A stretch of DNA of 64,000 nt from Muribaculaceae bacterium (GCA_045637445.1 JAZTZN010000001.1:6693-70692), one strand, 5' to 3'; shown: positions 27,313 to 36,274, counted from the first letter of the stretch. Notes: generated by a model from the letters alone, not told the origin. Numbers and translations are program-made.

Positions 27313-28818
27313 ATGAAAAAACTCATAACACTGCTAATCGCAATACTTTCCGTCGCCGGCATCTACGCCGACAACTATAATGAATATCTTGAGGCTTCGC
27401 GCAAGCATCTCGCCGAGGGAAACAAGGAGAAAGCCGAGAGCTGCTATCGCATATATACGAATATGACTGGCAAAAAAGATGCAGAGCTTGAAAAAGCTTT
27501 TTACGGCTCGGCGCAGTCAGGCAATGTCGGCAGCATGACGATCAATTACCCTAACGGCGACCATTATGAGGGCGAAACCAAAGACGGCAAGCGTCATGGC
27601 AAAGGCACAATGATTTATTCGAATGGCGATCGCTATGAGGGTGAGTGGAAAGACGACCAAAAGCATGGGCAAGGTGTCGAAACGTGGCCTGACGGCTATA
27701 GGTATGAGGGAGAGTTTAAAGATAACAGATGTAATGGTCAAGGCACAGAGACTTGGCCAAGTGGCGATAAGTATGTCGGACAATTTAAAGACTATCGCTA
27801 CAATGGTCAAGGCACAATGTTTTATGCCGACAACCGATTATATGTCGGCGAGTGGAAAGACGGCAAAAAGCATGGCTACGGAGTCCTGACTCATAAAAAT
27901 GGCGATCAATACGAAGGCTACTTTGTCAATGATAAGTATAATGGCAAAGGGACCTACTATAACAACAATGGCGACCGCTATGTCGGCGAGTGGAAAGACG
28001 ACGTACTGCATGGAGTGTGTACAGTCTATTACAAGAACGGCACACACTCGACGGCGATGTGGGAAAATGGAAAAAAGACACGTGAATTGCCTAACGACGT
28101 AGTGGCAGAGAGCAATGTGGAAATTCGAACCATTAATTACGATAACGGCGACAAATATGTAGGCGAAATCAAAGACGGCAAACGCAATGGTCAAGGAATA
28201 TATTATTTCGCTAATGGCAACCGCTATGAGGGTCAATGGAAGGACGGCAAACTCCATGGCAAAGGCACTTATTATTTTGTTTCCGGCAATCGCTATGAAG
28301 GCGAATTCAAGGACGGCAAACGTCAAGGCAAAGGCACTTATTATTTTGCTAATGGTAATCGCTATGAAGGCGAATGGCAGGACGACAAACGCCATGGACA
28401 AGGCACTTGTTATTATGCTGATGGTGACAGCTATGAAGGCAAATGGCAGGACGACAAACGCCATGGACAAGGCACTCTTTATTTTGCTTCCGGTAACCGC
28501 TATGAAGGCGAATTCAAGGACGACAAATATAACGGTCAAGGCACTTTTTATTGGGCTGATGGTGACAGCTATGAAGGCAAATGGCAGGACGACAAACGCC
28601 ATGGACAAGGCACTCTTTATTTTGCTGATGGCGACCGCTATGAAGGCGAATTCAAGGACGACAAATACAATGGACAAGGCACTCTTTATTTTGCTTCCGG
28701 TAACCGCTATGAAGGCGAATTCAAGGACGACAAACGCCATGGACAAGGCACTATGTACTTTAAGGATGGCACATCGAAGTCCGGTCGTTGGGACATGGGA
28801 GTCTTTGTCGGGGAATAA
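27313..28818 (+). CDS. secreted MORN-repeat protein (~19 MORN units) with a helical N-terminal module
   Basis: Signal peptide MKKLITLLIAILSVAGIYA, a ~45-aa helical module (NYNEYLEASRKHLAEGNKEKAESCYRIYTNMTGKKDAELEKAF), then repeated YEGE(W/F)KD(G/D)K.HGQGT units. Starts 12 nt after the PP2C stop. Confidence 0.9.
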   Translation: MKKLITLLIAILSVAGIYADNYNEYLEASRKHLAEGNKEKAESCYRIYTNMTGKKDAELEKAFYGSAQSGNVGSMTINYPNGDHYEGETKDGKRHGKGTMIYSNGDRYEGEWKDDQKHGQGVETWPDGYRYEGEFKDNRCNGQGTETWPSGDKYVGQFKDYRYNGQGTMFYADNRLYVGEWKDGKKHGYGVLTHKNGDQYEGYFVNDKYNGKGTYYNNNGDRYVGEWKDDVLHGVCTVYYKNGTHSTAMWENGKKTRELPNDVVAESNVEIRTINYDNGDKYVGEIKDGKRNGQGIYYFANGNRYEGQWKDGKLHGKGTYYFVSGNRYEGEFKDGKRQGKGTYYFANGNRYEGEWQDDKRHGQGTCYYADGDSYEGKWQDDKRHGQGTLYFASGNRYEGEFKDDKYNGQGTFYWADGDSYEGKWQDDKRHGQGTLYFADGDRYEGEFKDDKYNGQGTLYFASGNRYEGEFKDDKRHGQGTMYFKDGTSKSGRWDMGVFVGE

Positions 28819-28832
28819 CAAAATTACATACG

Positions 28833-28866
28833 CTTCTATGAGGTGATAAATTTAATCTCATAGAAG
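28833..28866 (+). terminator. candidate hairpin terminator after the MORN gene
   Basis: 10-bp stem cttctatgag (28833-28842) pairs with ctcatagaag (28857-28866) across a 14-nt loop. There is no clean U-run immediately after. Confidence 0.4.
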
Positions 28867-29032
28867 ACTTTCCGGTCCTTTATTTTCGGTAAGTATTTGT
28901 TGCATTTTTATAAAAACAAATATGTGGATATTTAGATTAGGCTTACAAATAAAACTATTTTATACTCATAGTGCTATGATTTATAGACAAATATTTTTGT
29001 AGAAATTCTTGCATAGAAGACAAATTTATTTG

Positions 29033-29040
29033 TAAATTTG
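29033..29040 (+). promoter_or_regulatory. -7 box (TAAATTTG) upstream of the DUF234-type ATPase gene
   Basis: TAnnTTTG match 25 nt upstream of the ATG at 29066. It is followed by the palindrome cgtaac/gttacg. Confidence 0.4.
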
Positions 29041-29065
29041 CACTATCGTAACAGGTGTTACGGTA

Positions 29066-30418
29066 ATGAGTGTTACGATAAAATCAGTCGATATGAGATT
29101 TTTTGATAGAGAAACAGAGTTTGAAAAGCTAAGAGAAATAGAAGAATTGTCTCACAATGTGGCACAGTTCACGATTATCACCGGAAGACGTCGCATTGGT
29201 AAGACAGAAATGGTCAAGAAGTTTTTTGAGGGTAAGACCATTCTTTATTTTTTTGTAGCCCGTAAGGCGGAAGCAGATCTATGTAATGTCTTTGTTGACG
29301 AAATTCGTACAAAGCTCAATATCCCAATGCTTGATAGTAAAGGAATGTCGTTTGCTACGATATTCAAATTCGTAATGGAGCTGTCGTTGACTCGGCAAAT
29401 CACACTTTTTATTGATGAGTTTCAGGACTTCTTTAGGGTGAACCCTTCTATCTATTCTGATATGCAGAATATATGGGATAACTATAAAAACAAGGCTCAT
29501 ATTAATCTAATCGTGGCAGGCTCGGTAAATGTCTTGATGAATAAGATATTTAAGGATAGTAAGCAGCCTCTATTTGGTAGGCAGACAGATACAATTCATG
29601 TCCGACCATTTAAACCATCGGTTTTAAAAGAAATAATGTCGGAATATTGTCCGGGCTACAAAAAGTCTGACTTGTTGGCTCTCTATACTCTGACCGGTGG
29701 TGTGGCTAAATATGTCGAATTATTCATCGATAAGAAAAAGTTTACCGAGAAAAAGATGTTGGATATGTTTTTTAGTCAAGATTCTTACTTTTTGTCAGAG
29801 GGTAAGAATATGCTTGTGGATGAATTTGGTAGAGATTATGGTATCTATTTCTCGATATTGACTCTTATAGCCCAAGGCAGAAATACACGCTCAGAACTGG
29901 AGGATACTCTTAATATAAAAGAATTGTCGGGCTACTTAAAAAATCTAAGTGTTGAATATGGCTTGATAAGAAAGATGCAGCCAATTTATGAAAAGTCATC
30001 AAATAAGAATGTTCATTACACCATTGACGACCGGTTTTTGAGTTTTTGGTTCAGATTTGTATATAAATATACTCATATTATTGAGGCTGGTGGTAATGAG
30101 AAGTTGAAAACATTGGCAGAGCGAGATTTTGCAACAATCAGTGGAAAATCTCTTGAAAGCTACTTCGTTGAGGTGCTGAAAGAGTCGGGCTGTTTTACTT
30201 GTCTTGGATATTGGCATGACCGTAAAGGAGAGAATGAGATAGACATTATTGCTGAAGACGAAATCGACAAGAAGATAGAGTTTATCGAAGTGAAGAGACA
30301 AGCAAAGAATTTCGATGAGCAAATACTAAAGAAAAAAGCAGAGTTATTCTTTAAGGCTGTTGGTTCGTTCAATGGTTTTGCAATTACTTACAGAGGTCTT
30401 TCAATGCAGGATATGTAA
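29066..30418 (+). CDS. ATP-binding protein (archaeal-type AAA ATPase with a DUF234-like C-terminus)
   Basis: FFDRETEFEKLREI... followed by Walker A ITGRRRIGKTEMV and Walker B LFIDEFQ. The C-terminal segment EIDIIAEDEIDKKIEFIEVKR is typical of DUF234. The start could alternatively be the ATG at 29093. Confidence 0.8.
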   Translation: MSVTIKSVDMRFFDRETEFEKLREIEELSHNVAQFTIITGRRRIGKTEMVKKFFEGKTILYFFVARKAEADLCNVFVDEIRTKLNIPMLDSKGMSFATIFKFVMELSLTRQITLFIDEFQDFFRVNPSIYSDMQNIWDNYKNKAHINLIVAGSVNVLMNKIFKDSKQPLFGRQTDTIHVRPFKPSVLKEIMSEYCPGYKKSDLLALYTLTGGVAKYVELFIDKKKFTEKKMLDMFFSQDSYFLSEGKNMLVDEFGRDYGIYFSILTLIAQGRNTRSELEDTLNIKELSGYLKNLSVEYGLIRKMQPIYEKSSNKNVHYTIDDRFLSFWFRFVYKYTHIIEAGGNEKLKTLAERDFATISGKSLESYFVEVLKESGCFTCLGYWHDRKGENEIDIIAEDEIDKKIEFIEVKRQAKNFDEQILKKKAELFFKAVGSFNGFAITYRGLSMQDM

Positions 30419-30512
30419 TTACCGAAATGGGTGCATTTGTGGTAAACTAATAAATGACACTCTCAATAGTTATAGAATAAATTAAAACAGAAGTTTCAAA
30501 AAATAGAGGAAG

Positions 30513-31538
30513 ATGAAAAAGTATTTGTTTTTGATGATGATATTGCTTTCGGCAGCGAGCATTTCAGCCGACAACTATAATGAATATCTTGAGGCATCAC
30601 GCAAGCATCTCGCCGAGGGAAACAAGGAGAAAGCCGAGAGCTGCTATCGCATATATACGAATATGACTGGCAAAAAAGATGCAGAGCTTGAAAAAGCCTT
30701 TTCGAGCAAAGCACAGTCAAGCAATGTTGAATATAAAATAATAATGACCGTAGAATATGAAAATGGCGATGTCTATGAAGGAGAAGAAAAGGACGGCATA
30801 CGTCATGGAATAGGCAGATATTATCACGCAGATGGGGCTATTTACGAAGGCGAATGGAAAGATGATCTTATTCATGGAATAGGCAGATACTATTATCCTG
30901 ATGGCACTGCTGAAAATGTAGTATGCGAAAATGGGAAAATTGTAGGTTCTACTAAAGAGACCTTGCCACAAAGTGAAATCAGAATACATAGTATAGGCTA
31001 TGACAATGATTATCTATATCATGGAAACATGAAAGACGGCAAACGCAACGGTCGAGGCACAATGCATTATGCCGACAGACGTAAATATGTCGGCGAGTGG
31101 AAAGACGATAAATGGCATGGCAAAGGAACATATTATTTTGTTTCCGGCGACCGCTATGTCGGCGAATTCAAGGACGGCAAACGCCAAGGCAAAGGCACAT
31201 ATTATTGGGCTGATGGCGGTCGCTATGAGGGCGAATGGCAGGACGGCAAACGCAGCGGTCAAGGCACACATTATTATGCTGATGGACGTAAATATGTCGG
31301 ACAATGGTTGGACGACAAATACAATGGTCAAGGAACATATTATTTTGCAAATGGCGATCGCTATGAGGGTCAATGGAAGGATGACAAACGTCATGGACAA
31401 GGCGCATATTTCTGGGCTGATGGACGTAAATATGTCGGTCAATGGGCGGATGATAAAATTCATGGACAAGGCACAATGTACTATAAGAATGTCATGACAA
31501 AGTCCGGCCGTTGGGATATGGGTAAATTTGTGGAATAA
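30513..31538 (+). CDS. secreted MORN-repeat protein, paralogue sharing the N-terminal module of 27313-28818
   Basis: Signal peptide MKKYLFLMMILLSAASISA, an identical NYNEYLEASRKHLAEGNKEKAESCYRIYTNMTGKKDAELEKAF module, then about 11 MORN units. Confidence 0.9.
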   Translation: MKKYLFLMMILLSAASISADNYNEYLEASRKHLAEGNKEKAESCYRIYTNMTGKKDAELEKAFSSKAQSSNVEYKIIMTVEYENGDVYEGEEKDGIRHGIGRYYHADGAIYEGEWKDDLIHGIGRYYYPDGTAENVVCENGKIVGSTKETLPQSEIRIHSIGYDNDYLYHGNMKDGKRNGRGTMHYADRRKYVGEWKDDKWHGKGTYYFVSGDRYVGEFKDGKRQGKGTYYWADGGRYEGEWQDGKRSGQGTHYYADGRKYVGQWLDDKYNGQGTYYFANGDRYEGQWKDDKRHGQGAYFWADGRKYVGQWADDKIHGQGTMYYKNVMTKSGRWDMGKFVE

Positions 31539-31689
31539 CGAAATACACAGTCTGATTGAGGGTGCAAGCGATTATTGTGCTCTCTATTCGCAACCCGATA
31601 TGCTCGAGTAGCGTATCGACGTTTCCGTCCGAAAGACGTGAAAGCGTAGCAATATGGATAGCCAAGGGTTGAGGGTATAGTCCCGCTAC

Positions 31690-31883
31690 GCTCACCTTGC
31701 ACTAACTTTTGATAAGTTTGGCTGCACTCGGCATAGGCAAAATCTAAAAACTGCGTTTTTTATTTTGCTCTCTGCGCTCGTTTGCTTAACTTTGACAGGG
31801 TCCAAGTTAGGCTGCACTCGGCATAAACCAAATTAAAACAAGTTTCATTTGGTATTCTGCTCTCGTTTGCTTAACTTTGTAGT
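31690..31883. repeat. dispersed composite intergenic repeat, copy 2
   Basis: gctcaccttgcactaacttttgataagtttggctgcactcggcataggcaaaatctaaaaactgcgttttttattttgctctctgcgctcgtttgcttaactttg... matches the reverse complement of 4595-4866 and parts of 60193-60424. Confidence 0.85.
31872..31879 (+). promoter_or_regulatory. TAACTTTG -7-like box at the end of repeat copy 2, facing the porX-like gene
   Basis: TAnnTTTG match about 125 nt upstream of the ATG at 32004. Confidence 0.3.
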
Positions 31884-32003
31884 GTGGGCGAGCGAAATAT
31901 ATGTGCCACTAAAACGTTATATAGAAAATGATAAGGACTTTTATGATTTGCTTGCAGTGGTTTGCGAATTTTTAAAAGTCCTGATAATAAACGGATTATT
32001 GAT

Positions 32004-33539
32004 ATGGAAAGAATTCTTTGGGCAGACGACGAGATAGATCTATTAAAACCTCATATCCTTTTCCTTAAGCAAAAAGGATACGATGTGGCGACAGTCTCCA
32101 ACGGCAGAGATGCACTCGATGCTTTGGAAAATGAGCAGTTTTCTTTAATATTGCTCGATGAGAATATGCCCGGACTTTCCGGCTTGGAAACACTGACGCT
32201 TATCCACCAGTCGCATCCGCAGATTCCGGTAATCATGATTACCAAATCGGAAGAGGAAAACATTATGAATCAGGCTATTGGCAATAAAATTGCCGATTAT
32301 CTCATTAAGCCTGTCAACCCAAACCAAATCTTGCTTTCCATAAAGAAAAATCTGCATGGCGGCGAAATTGTGGCAAAAACCGTAAGTTCGGATTATCAGC
32401 AAGAGTTTCAGAAGATTTCGATGCAAATCAATATGGCACAATCGATTGACGACTGGTATGAAGTCTATCGCTCGTTGGTGTTTTGGGAATTGAAATTAGC
32501 ACAGACAGATACAAATATGGATGAGCTCCTTTCACTCCAAAAACGCGATGCAAATGTCGGTTTCTGCAAATTTGTAAAGCGCGAATATGAGGATTGGGTG
32601 ACTACAGAGTCTCATCCGCTGATGAGTCACGAGATTTTCAAACGTCGCGTCTTTCCGGAATTAGATAAAGGAGAGAAAGTGTTTGTCATTCTAATCGATA
32701 ATTTCAGATACGACCAATGGAAGGTGATACAGCCGATAGTCTCGGAATTTTTCAATATCAATGAAGAACTGTACACCACTATTTTGCCGACATCGACACA
32801 ATATGCCCGCAACTCAATATTTGCCGGCTTGATGCCTCTCGACATAGCTAAAATGTTTCCCGACCTATGGGTTGAAGAAGACGAAGACGAGGGTAAAAAC
32901 ATCTATGAAGAGGAGCTTATTCGCAGTCAGCTAAATCGTTTTCGCCGCAAAGAAAAGTTCTCTTACCACAAAATCAACGATTCGGCAGGTGTCGATAAGC
33001 TGTTGGTCAAGTTAAAACAAATTGACAACAACGAGTTGAATGTCGTGGTGCTGAACTTCATCGATATGCTCTCGCATGCGCGTACCGAGTCGAAAATGAT
33101 TCGTGAGCTTGCTAATTCGGATGCCGCTTATCGTTCGCTGACTGAGTCGTGGTTTCGCCACTCGTCGGCTCACGACCTCTTCCGTTGCCTGTCGGAAAAG
33201 AAATATAAAGTCATCGTGACCACTGACCATGGGACAATACGTGTCGATAATCCGATAAAGGTGGTAGGCGATAAAAACACCAACACCAACCTTCGTTATA
33301 AGGTGGGTAAAAGCTTGAACTACAATCGTAAAGAGGTCTATGAAATGACCAATCCGAAGCGATTTGGTCTGCCGGCGCCTAACCTTTCCAGCACATTCAT
33401 CTACGCAATGAACGAGGACTTCTTCTCCTATCCTAACAACTACAACTATTATGTCGGCTACTACACAGGCACATTCCAGCATGGTGGCATCTCACTCCAA
33501 GAAATGATAGTGCCATTGGTAACTCTCAACCCCAAATAA
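32004..33539 (+). CDS. porX: response regulator with a CheY receiver plus PglZ/alkaline-phosphatase-like domain (PorX type)
   Basis: Receiver domain ILWADDEIDLL...LILLDENMPGLSG...MITK, followed by a PglZ-type domain (VILIDNFRYDQW, TDHG). The architecture and ~510-aa length match PorX. The track start at 31962 is non-ATG, so I use the ATG at 32004. Confidence 0.8.
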   Translation: MERILWADDEIDLLKPHILFLKQKGYDVATVSNGRDALDALENEQFSLILLDENMPGLSGLETLTLIHQSHPQIPVIMITKSEEENIMNQAIGNKIADYLIKPVNPNQILLSIKKNLHGGEIVAKTVSSDYQQEFQKISMQINMAQSIDDWYEVYRSLVFWELKLAQTDTNMDELLSLQKRDANVGFCKFVKREYEDWVTTESHPLMSHEIFKRRVFPELDKGEKVFVILIDNFRYDQWKVIQPIVSEFFNINEELYTTILPTSTQYARNSIFAGLMPLDIAKMFPDLWVEEDEDEGKNIYEEELIRSQLNRFRRKEKFSYHKINDSAGVDKLLVKLKQIDNNELNVVVLNFIDMLSHARTESKMIRELANSDAAYRSLTESWFRHSSAHDLFRCLSEKKYKVIVTTDHGTIRVDNPIKVVGDKNTNTNLRYKVGKSLNYNRKEVYEMTNPKRFGLPAPNLSSTFIYAMNEDFFSYPNNYNYYVGYYTGTFQHGGISLQEMIVPLVTLNPK

Positions 33540-33583
33540 CCCACACTGTTAAAAATTTTTTTAAACTTGCAACGAATGGTCGT

Positions 33584-34930
33584 TTATTTTAATTTCCTCT
33601 CTGCCACAAATCTCTTCAATAAGAAAGTCAAGAAGTATGGAAAGGTATAAAATTTACCATTGAAACCGATATTTTTATATCCCAACTTAATTCCATATTT
33701 CACATCCGGATATTTATCATCTTTCAGCAAATTATTCAATGACGCTGTCGCATTGTCATTTGATTTAACTTCTATAGGAATAAGAGAATCGGCATCACGT
33801 ACAAAGAAGTCCATTTCAAGAGAATGTTTGTCGCTGCTGTAATAATATAGGTTGTAGCCTTGTTTTACCAACATATCACCTACGATGTTTTCGTAAATAG
33901 CTCCTTTGTATGTTCCAAGATTTTTGTTGGCTCTCAAATCCTCCTGAGCTTCTTCGTCGAGCGATGCAATCAAAAGACCTGTATCTTTGTAATAAATCTT
34001 ATACAGTTTAGGATCATAGTTTCCCTTAAGAGGGAGTTCCGGCAGATTTAGACAATAGCATAGGTTTATCACACCGGCATCTGCAAGCCATTCCACACAA
34101 CCGATATAATCTCGATTACGTGCATTCTTTGCAATCTTGGTTATTTGGAAACGTTTATTTTCTTTAGCCAAGAAAGTAGAAATATGATTATATACAGCCT
34201 TGACCTTTGCTTTATCCAAACCCTCTACGTATTTGGTAATATCCTCTTCGTAATCTTTAAGCAATTGTTGTTGTATGGCAAATGTGCCGCTGAAGTTCTT
34301 GTTTTTGATATACGTATTTACCACCTCGGGCATGCCACCGATAGTTGCATAATCACGGAACAATTCAAAAAGAACATCCATTTGCAAGGTAGTAAGTGGT
34401 CTGACTTCCAACATGTGCTGATATAGCTCATCTATAAAATCGTCGGTGTATCCTTTAGCCCAAAGAAATTCTTCGAAATCCATAGAATGCATTTCGTAAT
34501 CTTCTTTATAACCGACACTGTTAGACTCTATTTCTCGATAATTGATACCCATTAAAGAGCCGGAACAGATAACATCAAACCGTCCATCGAGTTTAAAGAA
34601 CTTCAATGCAGTGGCACAATTAGGACAAGCTTGCAACTCATCAAAAAAGAAAAGGGTCTCGCCTGGAATAAACTTAAGTCCCGGATTTAGTAACGACATG
34701 TTTTTAAGAATGGTCTCAACCTTAAAACCATCCTCAAAAATATTCTTATATTTAGGTTGCTCCACAAAATTGATTTGGATAACGTTTTTGTAATTTTGAC
34801 CTGCAAACCACTCAATGGAGCGAGTCTTTCCAATCTGACGTGCTCCTTTAATGATTAATGGTTTTCTATCCGGATTGTTTTTCCATGTTATCAAATAGTT
34901 ATCAACCTTTCGTCTAAGCAACTTATCCAT
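33584..34930 (-). CDS. ATP-binding protein (AAA_14 plus DUF4143 family)
   Basis: Walker A GARQIGKT, Walker B FFFDELQ, and a C-terminal E.DF...... segment (SLEMDFFV...IPIEVK) typical of DUF4143 ATPases. Confidence 0.8.
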   Translation of the reverse strand: MDKLLRRKVDNYLITWKNNPDRKPLIIKGARQIGKTRSIEWFAGQNYKNVIQINFVEQPKYKNIFEDGFKVETILKNMSLLNPGLKFIPGETLFFFDELQACPNCATALKFFKLDGRFDVICSGSLMGINYREIESNSVGYKEDYEMHSMDFEEFLWAKGYTDDFIDELYQHMLEVRPLTTLQMDVLFELFRDYATIGGMPEVVNTYIKNKNFSGTFAIQQQLLKDYEEDITKYVEGLDKAKVKAVYNHISTFLAKENKRFQITKIAKNARNRDYIGCVEWLADAGVINLCYCLNLPELPLKGNYDPKLYKIYYKDTGLLIASLDEEAQEDLRANKNLGTYKGAIYENIVGDMLVKQGYNLYYYSSDKHSLEMDFFVRDADSLIPIEVKSNDNATASLNNLLKDDKYPDVKYGIKLGYKNIGFNGKFYTFPYFLTFLLKRFVAERKLK

Positions 34931-34964
34931 ATTTAAAATCTTTTATTACAACTGCAAAGATAAT

Positions 34965-34972
34965 ACTTTTCA
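34965..34972 (-). promoter_or_regulatory. -7 box (TATCTTTG) upstream of the DUF4143 ATPase gene
   Basis: The plus strand reads caaagata, 35 nt upstream of the ATG at 34930. Confidence 0.45.
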
Positions 34973-34987
34973 CATAATCCCCACTAT

Positions 34988-35083
34988 AATTACATGATTT
35001 TTCACATTTTCCGTGCTGTTTTTGCCTATATTTTTCACATAATCCCCGATAAATAAGGCGAAAATTTCACATTTTCCTTGTTT
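34988..35083 (+). repeat. left copy of the perfect 96-bp direct repeat bracketing the KilA-N gene
   Basis: aattacatgatttttcacattttccgtgctgtttttgcctatatttttcacataatccccgataaataaggcgaaaatttcacattttccttgttt is identical to 36179-36274. It contains internal motifs ttttcacataatcccc and tttcacattttcc, also present at 34967-34983. Confidence 0.9.
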
Positions 35084-35202
35084 TTCCTCGCAAACTGAAC
35101 CGAAGGGATTGCAAAATCTCTTTTATCCTATTCATATCTGAAATAATACCTTGATTGAGTGCAACAGTACACAATTTTATTGGGTATCTCATAAATTATT
35201 CT

Positions 35203-35210
35203 TATTTTTG
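35203..35210 (+). promoter_or_regulatory. -7 box (TATTTTTG) upstream of the KilA-N gene
   Basis: TAnnTTTG match 30 nt upstream of the ATG at 35241. Confidence 0.4.
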
Positions 35211-35240
35211 TATTGTTAACTTTATCGTTAAATATCAATT

Positions 35241-36047
35241 ATGGCAAAGATTACAGTTCAGAATACCAATGTAACCGTAATATCGGTAAATGAAAATGAT
35301 TATATATCATTGACAGATATAGCAAAGTATAAGAGTGATGACCCAACAGCGGTTATTGGTAATTGGATGCGTAATCGAAATACCATTGAATACTTGGGGA
35401 TTTGGGAAAGTTTGTATAACTCTCAGTTCAACCCCCTCGAATTCGAGGGGTTTAAAAAAGATGCCGGATTAAACGCCTTTACACTTTCTCCGCAAAAGTG
35501 GATAAATGCCACCAACGCTATCGGTATTATCTCTAAGTCAGGAAGATATGGTGGAACTTATGCTCATAAGGATATTGCGTTCAAGTTTGCAAGTTGGATT
35601 TCTGTTGAATTTGAACTATATATTGTTAAGGAATTCCAGAGACTTAAACAAGAAGAACAGAAATTGATCGGATGGACTGCTAAAAGAGAACTATCCAAAA
35701 TCAATTATCATATACATACGGATGCGATAAAGCAGAATCTTGTTCCTGCCGAAGTTACTGCATTACAGGCAAGCATTATTTATGCCAATGAGGCAGATGT
35801 ATTGAATGTTGCAATGTTTGGTATGACTGCAAAGCAATGGAGAGAAGCAAATCCTAATTTGAAAGGTAATATTCGGGATTATGCAACAATAAACGAACTT
35901 ATTTGCCTCTCTAATATGGAGAGTTTAAATGCTGTTTTTATTGATGAAGGACTTTCTCAGCGTGAAAGATTAATTAAACTAAATCAAATAGCAATTCAGC
36001 AAATGAAAGTTTTAGAAGAGGTTGAGAATAGGCGATTATTGAAATAA
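35241..36047 (+). CDS. KilA-N domain-containing protein
   Basis: VTVISVNENDYISLTDIAKYK....AVIGNWMRNRNTIEYLGIWE and GGTYAHKDIAFKFASWISVEFELYIV match the KilA-N DNA-binding domain. The C-terminal half is helical. Confidence 0.8.
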   Translation: MAKITVQNTNVTVISVNENDYISLTDIAKYKSDDPTAVIGNWMRNRNTIEYLGIWESLYNSQFNPLEFEGFKKDAGLNAFTLSPQKWINATNAIGIISKSGRYGGTYAHKDIAFKFASWISVEFELYIVKEFQRLKQEEQKLIGWTAKRELSKINYHIHTDAIKQNLVPAEVTALQASIIYANEADVLNVAMFGMTAKQWREANPNLKGNIRDYATINELICLSNMESLNAVFIDEGLSQRERLIKLNQIAIQQMKVLEEVENRRLLK

Positions 36048-36178
36048 GACAAATAAAAAGAATTGAAAGAAAACTGATTAATCATTCCTAAAGGTCGAAC
36101 TTGGTTCGTGAAGTCTTAATCCAAAATTATGACTGAAATACGACTAATGATGAGTCAATATAAGACTGCAATATCTGA

Positions 36179-36274
36179 AATTACATGATTTTTCACATTT
36201 TCCGTGCTGTTTTTGCCTATATTTTTCACATAATCCCCGATAAATAAGGCGAAAATTTCACATTTTCCTTGTTT
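36179..36274 (+). repeat. right copy of the perfect 96-bp direct repeat
   Basis: Identical to 34988-35083. Confidence 0.9.

Noticed and set aside
27838-28821. 327-aa ORF on the minus strand, plus the 219-aa plus-strand ORF at 28187-28846, both overlapping the MORN gene
   Set aside because: Both lie entirely within the 69-bp periodic MORN array. Their translations are low-complexity echoes of the repeat (..SALSMAFVVL.FAFIAV.. and ..MKANGRTTNAMDKAL..). The MORN frame has the signal peptide, tight operon spacing and recognisable motifs.
31014-31497. ORFs of 151 aa (minus), 142 aa (plus) and 102 aa (minus) overlapping the second MORN gene
   Set aside because: These have the same repeat-induced open frames as above and no independent coding signal.
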